A stretch of DNA of 64,000 nucleotides from Camelus ferus (Eukaryota), in contig NC_045696.1 in NCBI RefSeq assembly GCF_009834535.1, positions 62,001-126,000 of the forward strand. The letters run 5' to 3'. The notes under the pieces were generated by a model. That model searched no databases. It saw only the letters and a program-made list of their open reading frames with translations, and was not told the DNA's origin. Positions within the stretch are counted from its first letter, which is position 1. Every line of letters starts with the position of its first letter. A program made the translations under genes and the position numbers. This document shows positions 51,501 to 64,000 of this stretch, piece by piece.

Positions 51501-54500
51501 TGTAGTCCTTTCAGCAAGTGCACGTTTGCTCGATCAACCTGTTCTGTGAGGTGAACATTGGGATTAAACTTGGGGTTTGAATGCATGGGCTCAATCACAT
51601 GTAAGACAAAGTGATTTTTCTCAATGCCTCAATATTTGTGATCCAAACAATTCAGAAGAAAATTCCCCACACAATCTTTCCTGTAGTAACTGAAACCAAC
51701 AAGATGAATTGCACAACACCTAGAGACACTCTGCCGCCAATGTTTACAACTTCATGGTAAATTGACTAAATTCAACTGAAGTAGAGATGAAGGGTGCTAT
51801 CTCTCTGTGAATTTGTGAGAAATCTTATCATAGCTCGTATATACGCTTAATACCCAACAACAGCAGTACTCCTTTATCATGACAAAACAGGTGAGGGATA
51901 CTGTCCTCAAACATTGTATTCCCATCATGTGTAAAGTGTCAAGGTTTGGGTTGATGTGAGCGAAATTACAAGACCCATTCAAATAAATTTTGCAAATTCA
52001 TTGGGATGCTCATAATAAACAATGAAAAGTGAAGGGCTGTGGCTAATCCAAAGAGGAGCTGGTGCACAGGTACTTAAGGGAAGGAATATAAAATAACTTC
52101 AGATAACGTGGAAATTACTGCTCATGAAATGTCCTGTGTATTTGCTGAAATATTTGGCATTGATTCCCAGGATAAGATGAATACAAAGATTCAGAAAAAT
52201 AACCTGGGTAGGAAGAGATCTTCTCCCACATCTCTTAATATTGTTGTCCTGCTCTACGAGAACAGTTTCAAACTGGGTTCAATTTGACATCTCAAGTTCA
52301 GGTTGAGAGAAACATTTTCAGAACCAAGACATAGGCTTCTTTCCCGTTCACAGTACCCATATTTCCCAGAATGGCACAAGACTGTAATCATCCTTACCAG
52401 TTTCATTTCATGCAGTGAACATGTTGCAAGGTCCTGTGCAAGAATCTAAATGTCGTAGAGACACTCCAACAAATGGATTTCCGCATTCAGTCTCTCTTTA
52501 AATAAGTTAGTTAAACATAAGAGAAAAACTGTGATTCCTTCTGGAATAGGAGCCAAGATCGTGTGGAATATTGACACACAGCCATTTCCTGCCTGCCAAA
52601 GTTCTGTGACTTGCAAACAAAGCACTGATTTGAATTTCCTTCAAAAATGCATTTTCCAAAATTGAGATGTGTGAAAGCACTCATTGAAGAAAAGCACTCC
52701 TTTAGGACAGATTACCCTCCAAGCTATCTTCTTTCTTAGTATACTTCTTACAAAAATCTTCGAAATGGGTAATGTAAAATATCAACATTGGATGATGAAC
52801 ATATGCTTCTGAATGTGCAAATGGGCTCACATCCATCCTTGAAAACCAATGTTTCCCCAATAACTAAGTGCAAAGAAAACTATCCCATGTCGTATTCCTC
52901 CAAACAGGGAAGTTACAGAAGATGAATTTCACCTGAACTAACGCTGAAGAATGTTCCTCTGCACAAAATACACAGCATTCCTGATAGATTTTGAATGGTC
53001 AGCTGTTGACTCAGCTGGGATGAGGTGTCTTAATGTCACTTTGCCAGATGAGCGTTCAAAACATGGAGAGACAGCTCAGGCCAAACAGGAAAATCCCAGA
53101 TTTTACCATCAAATCCCAAGAAGGGAGTGTACCTCAGGTTGTCTGTTTCTGAAATGAAACACAGGGAAGAATTTGATTCAAGCAGACAAGAATTGCAAGA
53201 GGATTACTAGCGGTAGTTTTTGCTTCTTCCCTTGGATGCCTTCTGTGGATATGGCAAGAACTGGAGAAGCTGGGGTACTGAGGATGAACTTGTTAAATGG
53301 CCTTTCCAAGTAATCACAGGCAGTAATTAACAGTGTGCTGTGCTCTATCAAAAACTTGGATGACGACAACTCAGCCAGCTGCAGATTGTTTCCCACGAGT
53401 GAAATGTTCTCAAACCTGTGTAACACAGGGCGACCTATCTAGGAGTAAGTCTTACAAGAATGTTTGTCTCGCCATAACTTCATGCCAGCAAGAAGGCTTT
53501 TCAAGATGGCTGAAGTTCAGGAAAGAAACTCAGGATGCAGTGAAATCTTACGGAACAAGAAGAGAGGCTCATATGCCAAAGACAAAGTCTCACGTTTTAA
53601 AACTGCCAGAAGACCGAAAAATTCCTCATGTGCGTAGTTCTAAGGAGGGAACAGTTTTCAAGACTGGGTGAAGCTAACACAGTGAGCTTCATACTGTACA
53701 AGTAGTCCTTCCAGCGTGTGAAAATATGTTCGATCGAGACATTCAGTTGGGGGAACTTGCAGAACTCACAGTAGGTTTTAATGCATGGCCTCACTCACAA
53801 GTTAGATATAGGATGGGTACTCAATCGCACTACTTACATGATCCCAAAAAGGCAGAAGGAGGTTTCAGACATAAACTGTTTTGTCTACTGACAAGCACCT
53901 AAAAGCTGCATTTCACAGCCCCTCCTTTTCAAGAAACATTTTGTCAACAAATTTTCCAACTTAGAAGGTGCTGTTCCTAATGGAAAATAAATAGGATATT
54001 AAAGGAATGGACTCAAGGTGAGTGTGTGAGAAAGCCTATCAGAACTTGGATATTGGATTGCTTCTCCAACACAAAATTTCTCTTATTCCTACAATGCAGA
54101 AGAAGGAAATTTTTTCACATTCATTGCACTCCCAAGATGCGTCTCTTAAGAACATGAGCGTTGATCTTATAGAAATCAGGAAACCCAATCAAACAATCCT
54201 CTTTACACTTTCCTTAGAACGGGTTGTAACAGCTGGGTCTGCTCAGGGGATGTCATTGTATCTATGATGAGTTTCGGGCAAGGACCTTCAGGACAGGAAC
54301 CCAGGCTACATAGGGAAACAGTGGAAACTCAGGGATCCATTGAACCTGTGATGCTGCTTCATCTATACCATTTCATTCCTAGAGTGGGAGGATTGCCTGG
54401 GATTCGGCACAAGAACCTGTGTAAAGAGAGATCATCTCTCAATTTCTCACATCTATTGGCATGCTGTTCAGGAACATTTTCAAGCTGGGTTCATTTTGAA

Positions 54501-57500
54501 CCCTTGAAACCAACTGGAGAGAAATAACTTCAGAAACGGTATATAGATTTCTTTCCAAGTCATGGAAACCGTTTCTTCCCATGAAGGCATGAGGCAGAAA
54601 ACATCCTTACCCGTTTCATTTTGAGAAGGGTACATATTGCAAGATTCCATGCATGTAGAACAAGGCCACAAACACATTTCTGCAAATGGCTTGCCACAGT
54701 GTATCTCAATTATGTAGAGCAGCTCACCATTTGTGAAAATCCTGAATTGTAGTGCATTAGGGGACACTGTTTTGTGTAACACAATAATAGATCCGTTTCA
54801 TAAATGACTAAATACTCTGTCTTGCTAAGAATAGATGGGTCGAATTTATTTCAAACGTGAGTTCTGCAGCTTGTGAATCGTTACAGGTTTTATTGAACCG
54901 AAGCACAAACTGTTCTAGAGAGTACCCTCAAAGCTGACTTCTTTTTGCTATTCTTCCTATAGAAAATTTAATGAGAGCTGAAGTAAATTATCTGAGTTTG
55001 AGGAAGTACAGAGGCCTATAACATTGTGCAGATGGGCTGAATCCGGTCCTTGTAAATCAATGTGTCCCCAAAAATGCAGTGCAGTGAACACTGGCCCACG
55101 TCATATTCCTCCAAATAGAGATGTTTCTGAAGAAGTATTTTGCCTTAAAATCCACTGAAGTTGGTTTAATACACCAAAAAATCAGCTTTCCTTATTCAAT
55201 TTCTGCCAGCTGCATTTGGCTGAGCTGAAATGCTCTTCTTAACATCAACTTCCCAGATGTATCTTCATAACATGCAGGCAACATCATGCCATACATGAAA
55301 ATCACGGATTTTATCATCAATACCCAATAAGGGATTTTGCCTTGTCCCTTCTCTTCTCCTAAAGAACCACATGACAAACATATTTGTGCAGATGATATGG
55401 CTAAAGATGACTATTTAAAGAGCACCCTTTACAAATTTCCTTAAATTCACTCTGTGGAATGTGAAGATAAAGGAGAAGCTCATGTATTAAGGACAAACTT
55501 GCACAGAAACCTCTCACATTATGGATGGACCGTTCTCTCGAATAGGTAAAAGACTGCACTTTCAACTTCTGGGAAAAAGTCAAACTAACATTTCCCCAAG
55601 AGTATTCCAGATTTTCAAGATTTTAAAATCTGAGAGGCACAGGCTCTCTTATTTAAAAGGTATACTCCTACGAATATTTATACGCTGTAAACTATGCAAA
55701 TGGAAATCATTTCAGAAAATAATGAAGTGGAGGAAAGAAACGCAGTTTGTAGTGAAATCTGAGAGAATATGGTGAAAGGGCCGTGTGCCAAAAGGAGAAG
55801 ACACATATTCAAAAAGTGGCAGAAGACTTAAAATTTCTTCAATTGTTTGATCCTAAGCATGGAAATGATGGTCTTTGGGAGATTTACTACTTTGGAATTA
55901 GTGGCAAATTTAAGACTGGGTGCATCAAACATGAAGTGCTTTCTCCTTTCCACGTAGTCCTTTCACCAAGTGGACGTTTGCTCGATCGACCTGTTCTATG
56001 AAGTGAACATTGGGATTACCCTGGTGGTTTGAATGCATGGCCTCAATCACATGTAAGACATAGGGTTTACTCTTAATGCCTCAAACCTGGTGATCCCAAC
56101 AAGGCAGAAGGAAGTTTCCCACACAATATTTCCTGTAGTAAATAAAACCTAAAGAAGCATTGCACAGCACCTAGAGACACTCTGTCGGCAATGTTTCCAA
56201 CTTCGCCGTCAATTGCCTAAATTCAACTGAAGTAGAGATGAAGGGAACTATCTCGCTGTGAGTGTGTGAGAAAGCCTATCACAGCTCGTAGTTATGCTTG
56301 GTTCCCAACAACAAAATACTCATTTATCATGACAGCGCAGGTGAGGTATATTGTAAACACTCATTTTATTCCCACTATGTGTAAGGTCTGAAGGTTTGGG
56401 TTGATGTGAGCGAAATTACAAGACCCATTCAAATAATCTTCTTTGCACCTTCATTCAGATGCTTCCAGTAAGCAGTGTCATGTGAGGGGCTGTGGCCGAT
56501 CCAAAGAGTAGCTGGTGCCCAGGTCGTTCAAGCAGGAACATACAATAATTTCGGATATGGTGGAAATTAATACTCATGAAGTTTCCCGAGTATTTTCTGA
56601 ACATTTTGCCATTGATTCCCAGGTTATGACGAATACAAAGATTCGGCATAATAAGCTGGGTAGGAAGAGATCTTTTCCCAATTCTGCTACCGTAGGTTTC
56701 CTGCTCTTCGGGAACACATTCAAACTGGGTTCAATTTGAAATCTGAAGTTCAGGTTGAGAGAAACATTTTTAGAACCGAGTCATAGGCTTATTTCCCTTT
56801 CAGAGTAACCATTTTCCCCAGAACCGCACAAGAATGAAATCATCAATACCCGATTCATTTAATGCAGTGAATGTGTTGCAAGGTCCCATGCATGAAGCTA
56901 AATATCGTAGAGACACCCTTACAAATGGTTTTCTGCATTCATTCTCTCTTTCAATAAGTTAGTACAACATAAGGGAAAAACTGATTCCTTCTGGAATAGG
57001 TGACAGTATCTTTTGGAACACTGACACACAGCCGTTTCCTGACTACCAAAGTTCTGTGACTTGCAAATAAACTGTCGGTGTGAATTCCCTTCAAACATGT
57101 GTTTTCCAAAACTGAGATGTGTTAAAGCACTGATTGAAGAAAAGCACTCATTTAGGAGACATTACCCTCCAAGCTGTCTTCTTTCTTATTATACTTCCTA
57201 CAGAAATCTTCACAACGGGTTATGTATAAAGTCTACAATGGATGATGAATGTTTGCTTCCAAACGTGCAAATGGGCTTACTTCCACCCTTGAAAACCAAA
57301 GTGTTCCTAAAAACCAAGTGCAATGAAAACTTGCCCATGATGTATTCATCCAAACATGGAAGTTACTGAAGATGATTTTCACCTGATCTAATGCTGAAGA
57401 ATGTTTCTCTGCACAAAACAGTCAGCATTCCTGATACATTTTGAATGAGCTGCTGATGACTCAGATGGGATGAGGTGTCTTAATGTCACTTTGCAAGATG

Positions 57501-60500
57501 TGCCTTCAAAACATGTAGGGACAGCTCAGGCCAAACATGAAAATCCCAGATTTTGCCTTCAAATCCCAAGAAGGTAGTGTATTTCAGGTTGTCTGTTTCT
57601 GAAATGAAAAACAGGGAAGCATTTGTTTCAAGTGGACAAGAATTGCAAGAGGATTGCTTGTGGCATTCATTGTTTCTTCACTTGGATATCTTCTGTGGAC
57701 ACGGCAAGTACTGGAGAAGCTGGTTACTGAGGCTGAACTTGTGAAATGGCCTTTCCAAGTACTCACAGGCAGTAATTGACAGTGTGCTGTGTTCTACCAA
57801 AATCGTGAATCATGTCAACTCACTCGGGTGCAGATTGATTCCCAAGAATGAAATGTTCTAAAACCTGTGGAACACAGGTCGACTTATCTAGCAGTTAGTC
57901 TCACAAGAATGTTTGACTCGCCATAACTTCATGCCAGCTAGAAGGCTTTTCAAGATGGCTGAATTTGAGGAAAGAAAGTCAGGAAGCAGTGAAATCTTAC
58001 AGAACATGAAGAGAGGCTCATATGCCAAAGACAAATTATTCACGTTTTAAAACTGCCAGAAGACTGAAATATTCCCCTTGTGCTTAGTTCCAAGATGAGA
58101 ATAGTTTTCCAAGACTGGGTGAAGCTAACACAGTGAGCTTCATTCTGTCCAAGTATTCCTTCCAGCGTGTGAAAATATGGTCGATTGAGACATTCAGTTG
58201 GGAGAACTTGCCAATTTCATAGTGGGATTTAATGCATGGCCTCACTCATGACCTAGAGATAGGACGGGTCCTCAATCACACTACTTACATGATCCCAACA
58301 AGGCAGAAGGAGGTTTCACACATACACTTTTTTGTCTAGTGACAAGCACCTAAAAGATGCATTTCATAGCCCCTCATTTTCAAGAGACATTCTGTCAACA
58401 AATTTTGCATCTTAGCAGGTGATGAACCTAATTTCACATAAATAGGAGATGAAACGAATGGACTCAATGTGAGTGTGTGAGAAAGCCTATCAGAACTTGG
58501 ATATTAGATGGCTTCCCCAACACCAAATTTCTCTTATTCCTACAATGCCAAAGAAGGAATTTTTTTCACATTCATTTTATTCCCAAGTTGCATCACTTAT
58601 GAACGTTAGGGTTGATCTTATAGAAATTAGAATACCCTTTCAAACAATCCTCTTTCTACCTTGCTTAGAATGGTTTGTAGCACCTTGGTCTGCTGGGGGG
58701 CTGTCAGTGTATATATTATGAGTTTGGTTCAAGGACCTTCAGGACAGGAACCCAGGCTACTTAGGGAAACCGTGGAAACTCAGGGCTCCCTTGAACCTGT
58801 GATGTTGCTTCATTTATTCCTTTCCATTCCTAGAGTGGAATGATTGACTGAGTTTCAGCCTAAGAAGATGCATAAAGAGAGTTCTCCCAATTTTCTCACT
58901 TCTCTTGTCATGCTGTTCGGAAACATTTTCAAGCTGGTTTCTATGTGACACCTCAAAACAAATTTGAGAGGAATTATTTCAGAACAAGTATATAGATTTC
59001 TTTCCAAATCACAGAAATCATTTGTCCCCATGATGGCACGAGGCAGAAATCATCTTTACCTGTTTCATATTGATAAGGGAACTTGTTGCAAGATTTCATG
59101 CATGAAGACAAAAGTCACAAACCCATTCCTGCAAAAGGATTGTCAGTGTATCTCAATTATGTAGAGCAGTTCAACATTTGTGAAAACCCTGATACCTAGT
59201 ACATTAGGGGACAAATTTTTGTGGAACTCTAAAATAGATCCGTTTCATAAATGAATAAATACTGTGTCTTGCTAGGAATAGATGGGGCGAATTTTCTTCA
59301 AACGTGAGTTCTACAAATTGTGAATCATTACAGGATTTATTGAACTGAAGCACGAATCATTTAAGAGACTGTACCCTCAAAGCTGTCTTCTTTTTGCTAT
59401 TCTTCCCATAGAATACTTCATGAGATCTGAAGTAAATTATCTGAGTTCATGGAAGTACAGGGACCAATAAGAATGTGCAGATGGGCTGAACCCCATCCCT
59501 GAAAATCAATGTGTCCCCCAAAATGCAGTGCAATGAACACTGGCCCATGTCATATTCCTCCAAATAGGGATGTTTCTGTAGATGAATTTTGCCTAAAGAT
59601 CCTCTGATGATGGTTTAATGCACCAAAAAATCAGCTTTCCTTACAGCTTTCATGAGAGCTGCATTTGGTTGAGCTGAAATGCTCTTCTTAACATCACCTT
59701 CCCAGATGTACCTTCATAACATGCAGGCAACCTCATGCCATACATGGAAATCACGGTTTTTATCATCAATTCCCAATAAGGAATTTTTCCTAGTCCCTTC
59801 TGTTCTCCTAAAGAACCACCTGACAAACATAGTTGTGCAGATGATATGGCTAAAGATGACTATGTAAAGAGCATTGTTCACACATTTCCTTAAATTCACT
59901 CTGTGGAATGTGAAGATCAAGGAGAAGCTCATGTATTAAGGACAAACTTGAACAGAAACTTCTCAGATTACAGATGGTCTGTTCTCCCTATTAGGGAAAA
60001 CTCAGCACTTTCAAATTCTGGGAAAATGTGAAATAAACATCCCCCAAGTGTATTCAAGATTTTCAGGATTTCAAGTTCTGATGGACACAGACTCTCCTAT
60101 CTATAATATATTTTCACATGAATCTTCATATGCTCTCAACTATGCAAAAGAGAGTGATTTCAGAATATCCTGAAGTGGAGGATGGAAAGTCAGTTTGTAG
60201 TGAAATCTGACAGAAAATGTTGACAGGACTGTGTGCCAGAAGGAGAAGCCACATATTCGAAAAGTGGCAGAAGACTTAAAACTTCTTCAATTGTTTGATC
60301 CTAAGGAGGGAAATGAAGCTCTGTGGGAGATTAACTACTTTGGAATTAGTGGCAAATGTAAGTCTGTGTGCATCTAACATGAAGTGCTTCCTCCTGTCCA
60401 CATAGTCCTTTCACCAATTAGACGTTTGTTCAATCGAGCTGTACTGTGAGTTGAACAATAGGATTAAAATGGGGGATGGAATGCATGGCCTCAATCACAT

Positions 60501-63500
60501 GTAAGACATAGGGTATTTTCTCAATGCCTCAAAATTGGTGATCCTAATATGGCAAAAGGATGTTTCCCACACAATCTATCCTGTAGTAACTAAAACCAAC
60601 AAGATGTATTGCACAGCACCTAGAGACACTCTGTCGGCAATCTTTCCAACTTCGCGATCTATTGCATAAATTCAACCGAAGTAGAGATGAAGGGAGCTAT
60701 CTCGCTGTGAGTGTGTGAGAAAGCCTATCACAGATCATAGTAATGCATGTTTCCCAACAACAGAAATACTCCTTTATCACGACAGCGCAGGTGAGGGATA
60801 TTGTTCACACACACTGAATTTCCTATATGGGTAAAGTGTCAAGATTTGGGTTGATGTGAGCAAAATTACAAGACCCATTCAAATAATCTTCTTTGCACCT
60901 TCATTCAGATGCTTCCAGTAAGTCTTGTCAAGTGAGGGGCTGTGGCTGATGCAAAGATGAGCTGGTGCCCAGGTCGTTCAGTGCAGAAACATACAATAAT
61001 TTCAGATACGGTGGAAATCAGTGCTCATAAAGTGGCCCACGAATCTTCTGAAGTTTTTGACATTGATTCCCAGGATACGACGAATTCTAAGATTCGGAGC
61101 AATAAGCTGGGTAGGAAGAGATCTTCTCCCACATCTGCAACTGTTGTTGTCCTGCTCTCTGGGAATGGTTTCAGCCTGGGTTCAATTTGACATCTCAAGA
61201 TCAGGTTGAGAGAAACATTTTGAGAACCGAGACATAGGTTTTTTCCCATATACTGTACCCATATTTCACAGAATGGCACAAGACTGAAATCATCCTTATC
61301 CATTTCATTTCATGCAGTGAACGTGTTGCAATTTCCCGTGTATGAAGCTAAATGTCATAGAGACACTGCTACAAATGGCTTTCTGCATTCACTCTCAATT
61401 TCAATAAGTTAGTTCAACATTAGAAAAAAACTGTGATTCCTTCGGGAATAGGAGACAAATCTTGTGGAACACTGAAACACAGTCGTTCCCTGACTGCCAA
61501 AATTCTGTGACTTGCAAACAAATCTTTGGTGTGAATTTCCTTCAAATATGCGTTTTCCAAAATTGAGATATTTTAAAGCATTCATTGAAGAAAAGCACTC
61601 ATTTAGGAGAGATTACCGTCCAAGCTGTCTTTTTCTTAATATTCTTCCTACAGAAATCTTCATAATGCTTGATGTAAATTGCCTACATTGGATGATGAAT
61701 GCATGCTTCTCAACATGCAAATGGTCTCGTTTCCAAATTTGAAAACCAATGTGTCCCCAGAAAAGAAGCGCAAAGAAAACTGGCCCATGTCATTTTCCTC
61801 CAAACAGGGAAGTTACAGAAGATGAATTTCACATGACCTAACTCTAAAAATTGTTTCTCTTCACAAAACACTCATCATTCCTGGTAGATTTTGAATGAGC
61901 TGCTGTCAAATTTGCTGGGGTGAGTTGACTTAAATCATTTTGATTGATGTGCTTTCAAAACATGGAGGGACATTCCAGGCCAAATATGGAAAGCCCAGAT
62001 TTTGCCTTCAAATCCCAAGAAGGGAGTGGACTTCAGGTTGTCTGTTTCCAAAATGAAACACAGGGAAACATTTGTTTCAAGTGGACATGAATTGCAGTAG
62101 GATTGCTAGCAGTATTCTTTGCTTCTTCCCTTGGATGCCTTCTGTGGACATGGCAAGTTCTGGAAAAGCTGGGGTACTGAGGCTGAACTTGTGAAATGGC
62201 CTATCCAAGTACTCACAGGCAGTAATTGACAGTGCACTGTGCTCTACCAAAATCGTGGATCACGTCAACTCACACAGCTGCAGATTGTTTCCCAAGAATG
62301 AAAGGTTCTATGTCCTGTGGAAAACAGGTCGACTTATCTAGGTGTTAGTCTCACAAGAATGTTTTTCTCGCCATAAATTCATGCCAGCAAGAAGGCTTTT
62401 CAAGATGGCTGAATTTGAGGAAAAATGTCAGGAAGCAGTGAAATCTTACAGAACATGAAGAGAGGCTCTTACGCCAAAGACAAAAGCCTCAAGTTTTAAA
62501 ACTGCCAGAAGACCGAAAATTTCCTCATGTGCTTATTTGAAAGATGGAACAGTTTTCCAAGACTGGGTGAAGCTAACACAGTTAGCTTCATACTGTCCAA
62601 TAGTCCTTCCAGCGTGTGAAAATATGCTCGATTGAGGCTTTCAGTGGGGGGAAATTGCAGATTTCACAGTGGGTTCAAATGCATGGCCTCACTCACCAGC
62701 TAGAGATAGGACGGGTCCTCAATCACACTATTTACATGATCACAAAAGGCAGATGGAGGCTTCACACATACACTTTTTTCTCTAGTGACAAGTACCTAAA
62801 AGCTGCATTTCACAGCCCCTCATTTTCAAGAGACATTCTGTCAACAAATTTTCCAACTTAGCAGGTGCCATTCCTAATGGCACATAATTAGGAGATGAAA
62901 GGAATAAATTCAATGTGAGTGTGGGAGAAAGCCTATCAGCAGTTGGATATTGGATGGCTTCCCCAACACCAAATTTCTCTTATTCCTACAATGTAGTAGA
63001 AGGAAATTTATTCACATTTATTGTACTCCCATCATGGGTCTCCTATGAACGTTAGGGATGATATTATCGAAATTAGAAGACCCATTCAAACAATCCTCTT
63101 TCCACCTTGCTTAGAATGGTTTGTAACACCTTGGTCTGCTGGGGTGCTGTCAGTGTATCTATGATGAGTTTGAGCCAAGGAACTTCAGGACAGGAACCCA
63201 GGCTACTTAGAGAAACCGTGGAAAATCAAGGCTCTTTCATGTGCGATTTTTCTTCATCTATTCCGTTCCAGTCCTAGAGTGGAAAGATTGTATTAAGTTT
63301 GGCAGAAGAAGCTGCATAAAGAGAGTTCTTCTCCCAATTGTCTCACTTCTCTTTGCACGCTGTTTTGGAAAACTTTCAAGCTGGATAATATGTGACACAT
63401 CAAACCAAAGGGGAGCGATATTATTTCAGAAACATTATACAGATTTCTTTCCAAATCATAGTATCCGTTTTTCCCCATAATGGCATTAGGCAGAAATCTT

Positions 63501-64000
63501 CCTTACCTGTTTCATTTTGAAAAGGGAATCTGTTGCAAGATTCCATGCATGTAGACCAAAGTCACAAACACATTCCTGCAAGTAGCTTATCACAGTCTAT
63601 CTCAATTATGAAGAGCAGTTCAACAATTGTGAAAACCCTGATTCCTAGTGCATTAGGGGACAAGGTTTTGTGCAACACTGAAATAGATACATTTCAAAAA
63701 TGACTAAATATTCTATCTTGCTTAGAATTGATGGGGCGAAGTTTCTTCAAACTTGAGTTCTACAAACTGTGAATCGTTACAGGATTTATTGAACCGAAGC
63801 ATGAATCGTTCAAGAGAGAGTACCCTCAAAGCTGTCTTCTTTGTGCTATTCTTCCTATAGAAAATTTCATGAGAGCTGAAGTACAATATCTGAGTTCAAG
63901 GAACTACATAAGCTTATAAGAATGTGCAGATGGGCTGACTCCCGTCCCTGTAAATCAATGTGTCCCCAAAAATGCAGTGTAATTAACACTGGCCCATGTC
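24538..64000 (-). repeat. Satellite array 2: ~17.8 tandem ~2.22 kb monomers arranged as an A/B dimer of ~4.44 kb, reverse complement of array 1
   Basis: A-type marker (TTTGTGCTATTCTTC...TTCATGAGAGCTGAAGTAAATTATCTG) at 26131, 30541, 34986, 41650, 46054, 50496, 54948, 59397, 63846. B-type marker (CTTAGTATTCTTCCTACAGAAATCTTCATAACG) at ~28354, 32779, 37235, 39436, 43842, 48290, 52739, 57189, 61639. The reverse complement of the marker matches array 1 at ~9488-9533. Confidence 0.96.

Noticed and set aside
25202..58721. Recurring ORF family MCEKAYQNLDIG... (~65-82 aa) every ~4.4 kb, suggesting a tandem gene cluster
   Set aside because: They mostly begin at GTG/TTG, vary in length, are broken by indels and stops in sibling copies and match no domain I recognise. 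Recurrence simply follows the satellite period. The same applies to the other short ORFs in the arrays.
24538..64000. CRISPR-like or repeat-spacer system
   Set aside because: Repeats are contiguous kb-scale tandem copies without unique spacers, in a mammalian context, with no cas-like ORFs.
6927..64000. CENP-B box (TTCG....A..CGGG) in the satellite
   Set aside because: No recurring match seen by eye. A motif scan on both strands is needed to exclude it, so centromeric function is not claimed.

Overview
Mammalian heterochromatic, repeat-derived DNA. The L1 3' UTR type points to a cetartiodactyl, but the species cannot be fixed by eye. No intact host gene, RNA gene or CRISPR array is supported. 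(1) 1-6926: a decayed class II (betaretrovirus-like) provirus on the minus strand, ordered 5' LTR, PBS, gag, dUTPase-pro, pol, env, and running off the left edge. Its primer-binding site matches tRNA-Trp rather than tRNA-Lys. (2) 6927-14234: about 3.3 diverged copies of a ~2.19 kb satellite monomer. (3) 14235-24437: a patchwork of ERV1-type LTRs and internal sequence, L1 fragments and purine-rich simple repeats, ending at a 100-N gap (24438-24537). (4) 24538-64000: about 17.8 copies of the same satellite in the opposite orientation. The satellite has three tiers: a ~245 bp ancestral unit, a 9-unit ~2.2 kb monomer, and an A/B dimer of ~4.44 kb. The right array shows one out-of-register junction (~38.99 kb), one in-register subfamily switch (~50.8 kb) and an apparent divergence/CpG-decay gradient. 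All alignments were done by eye, so boundaries are approximate unless a motif is quoted.
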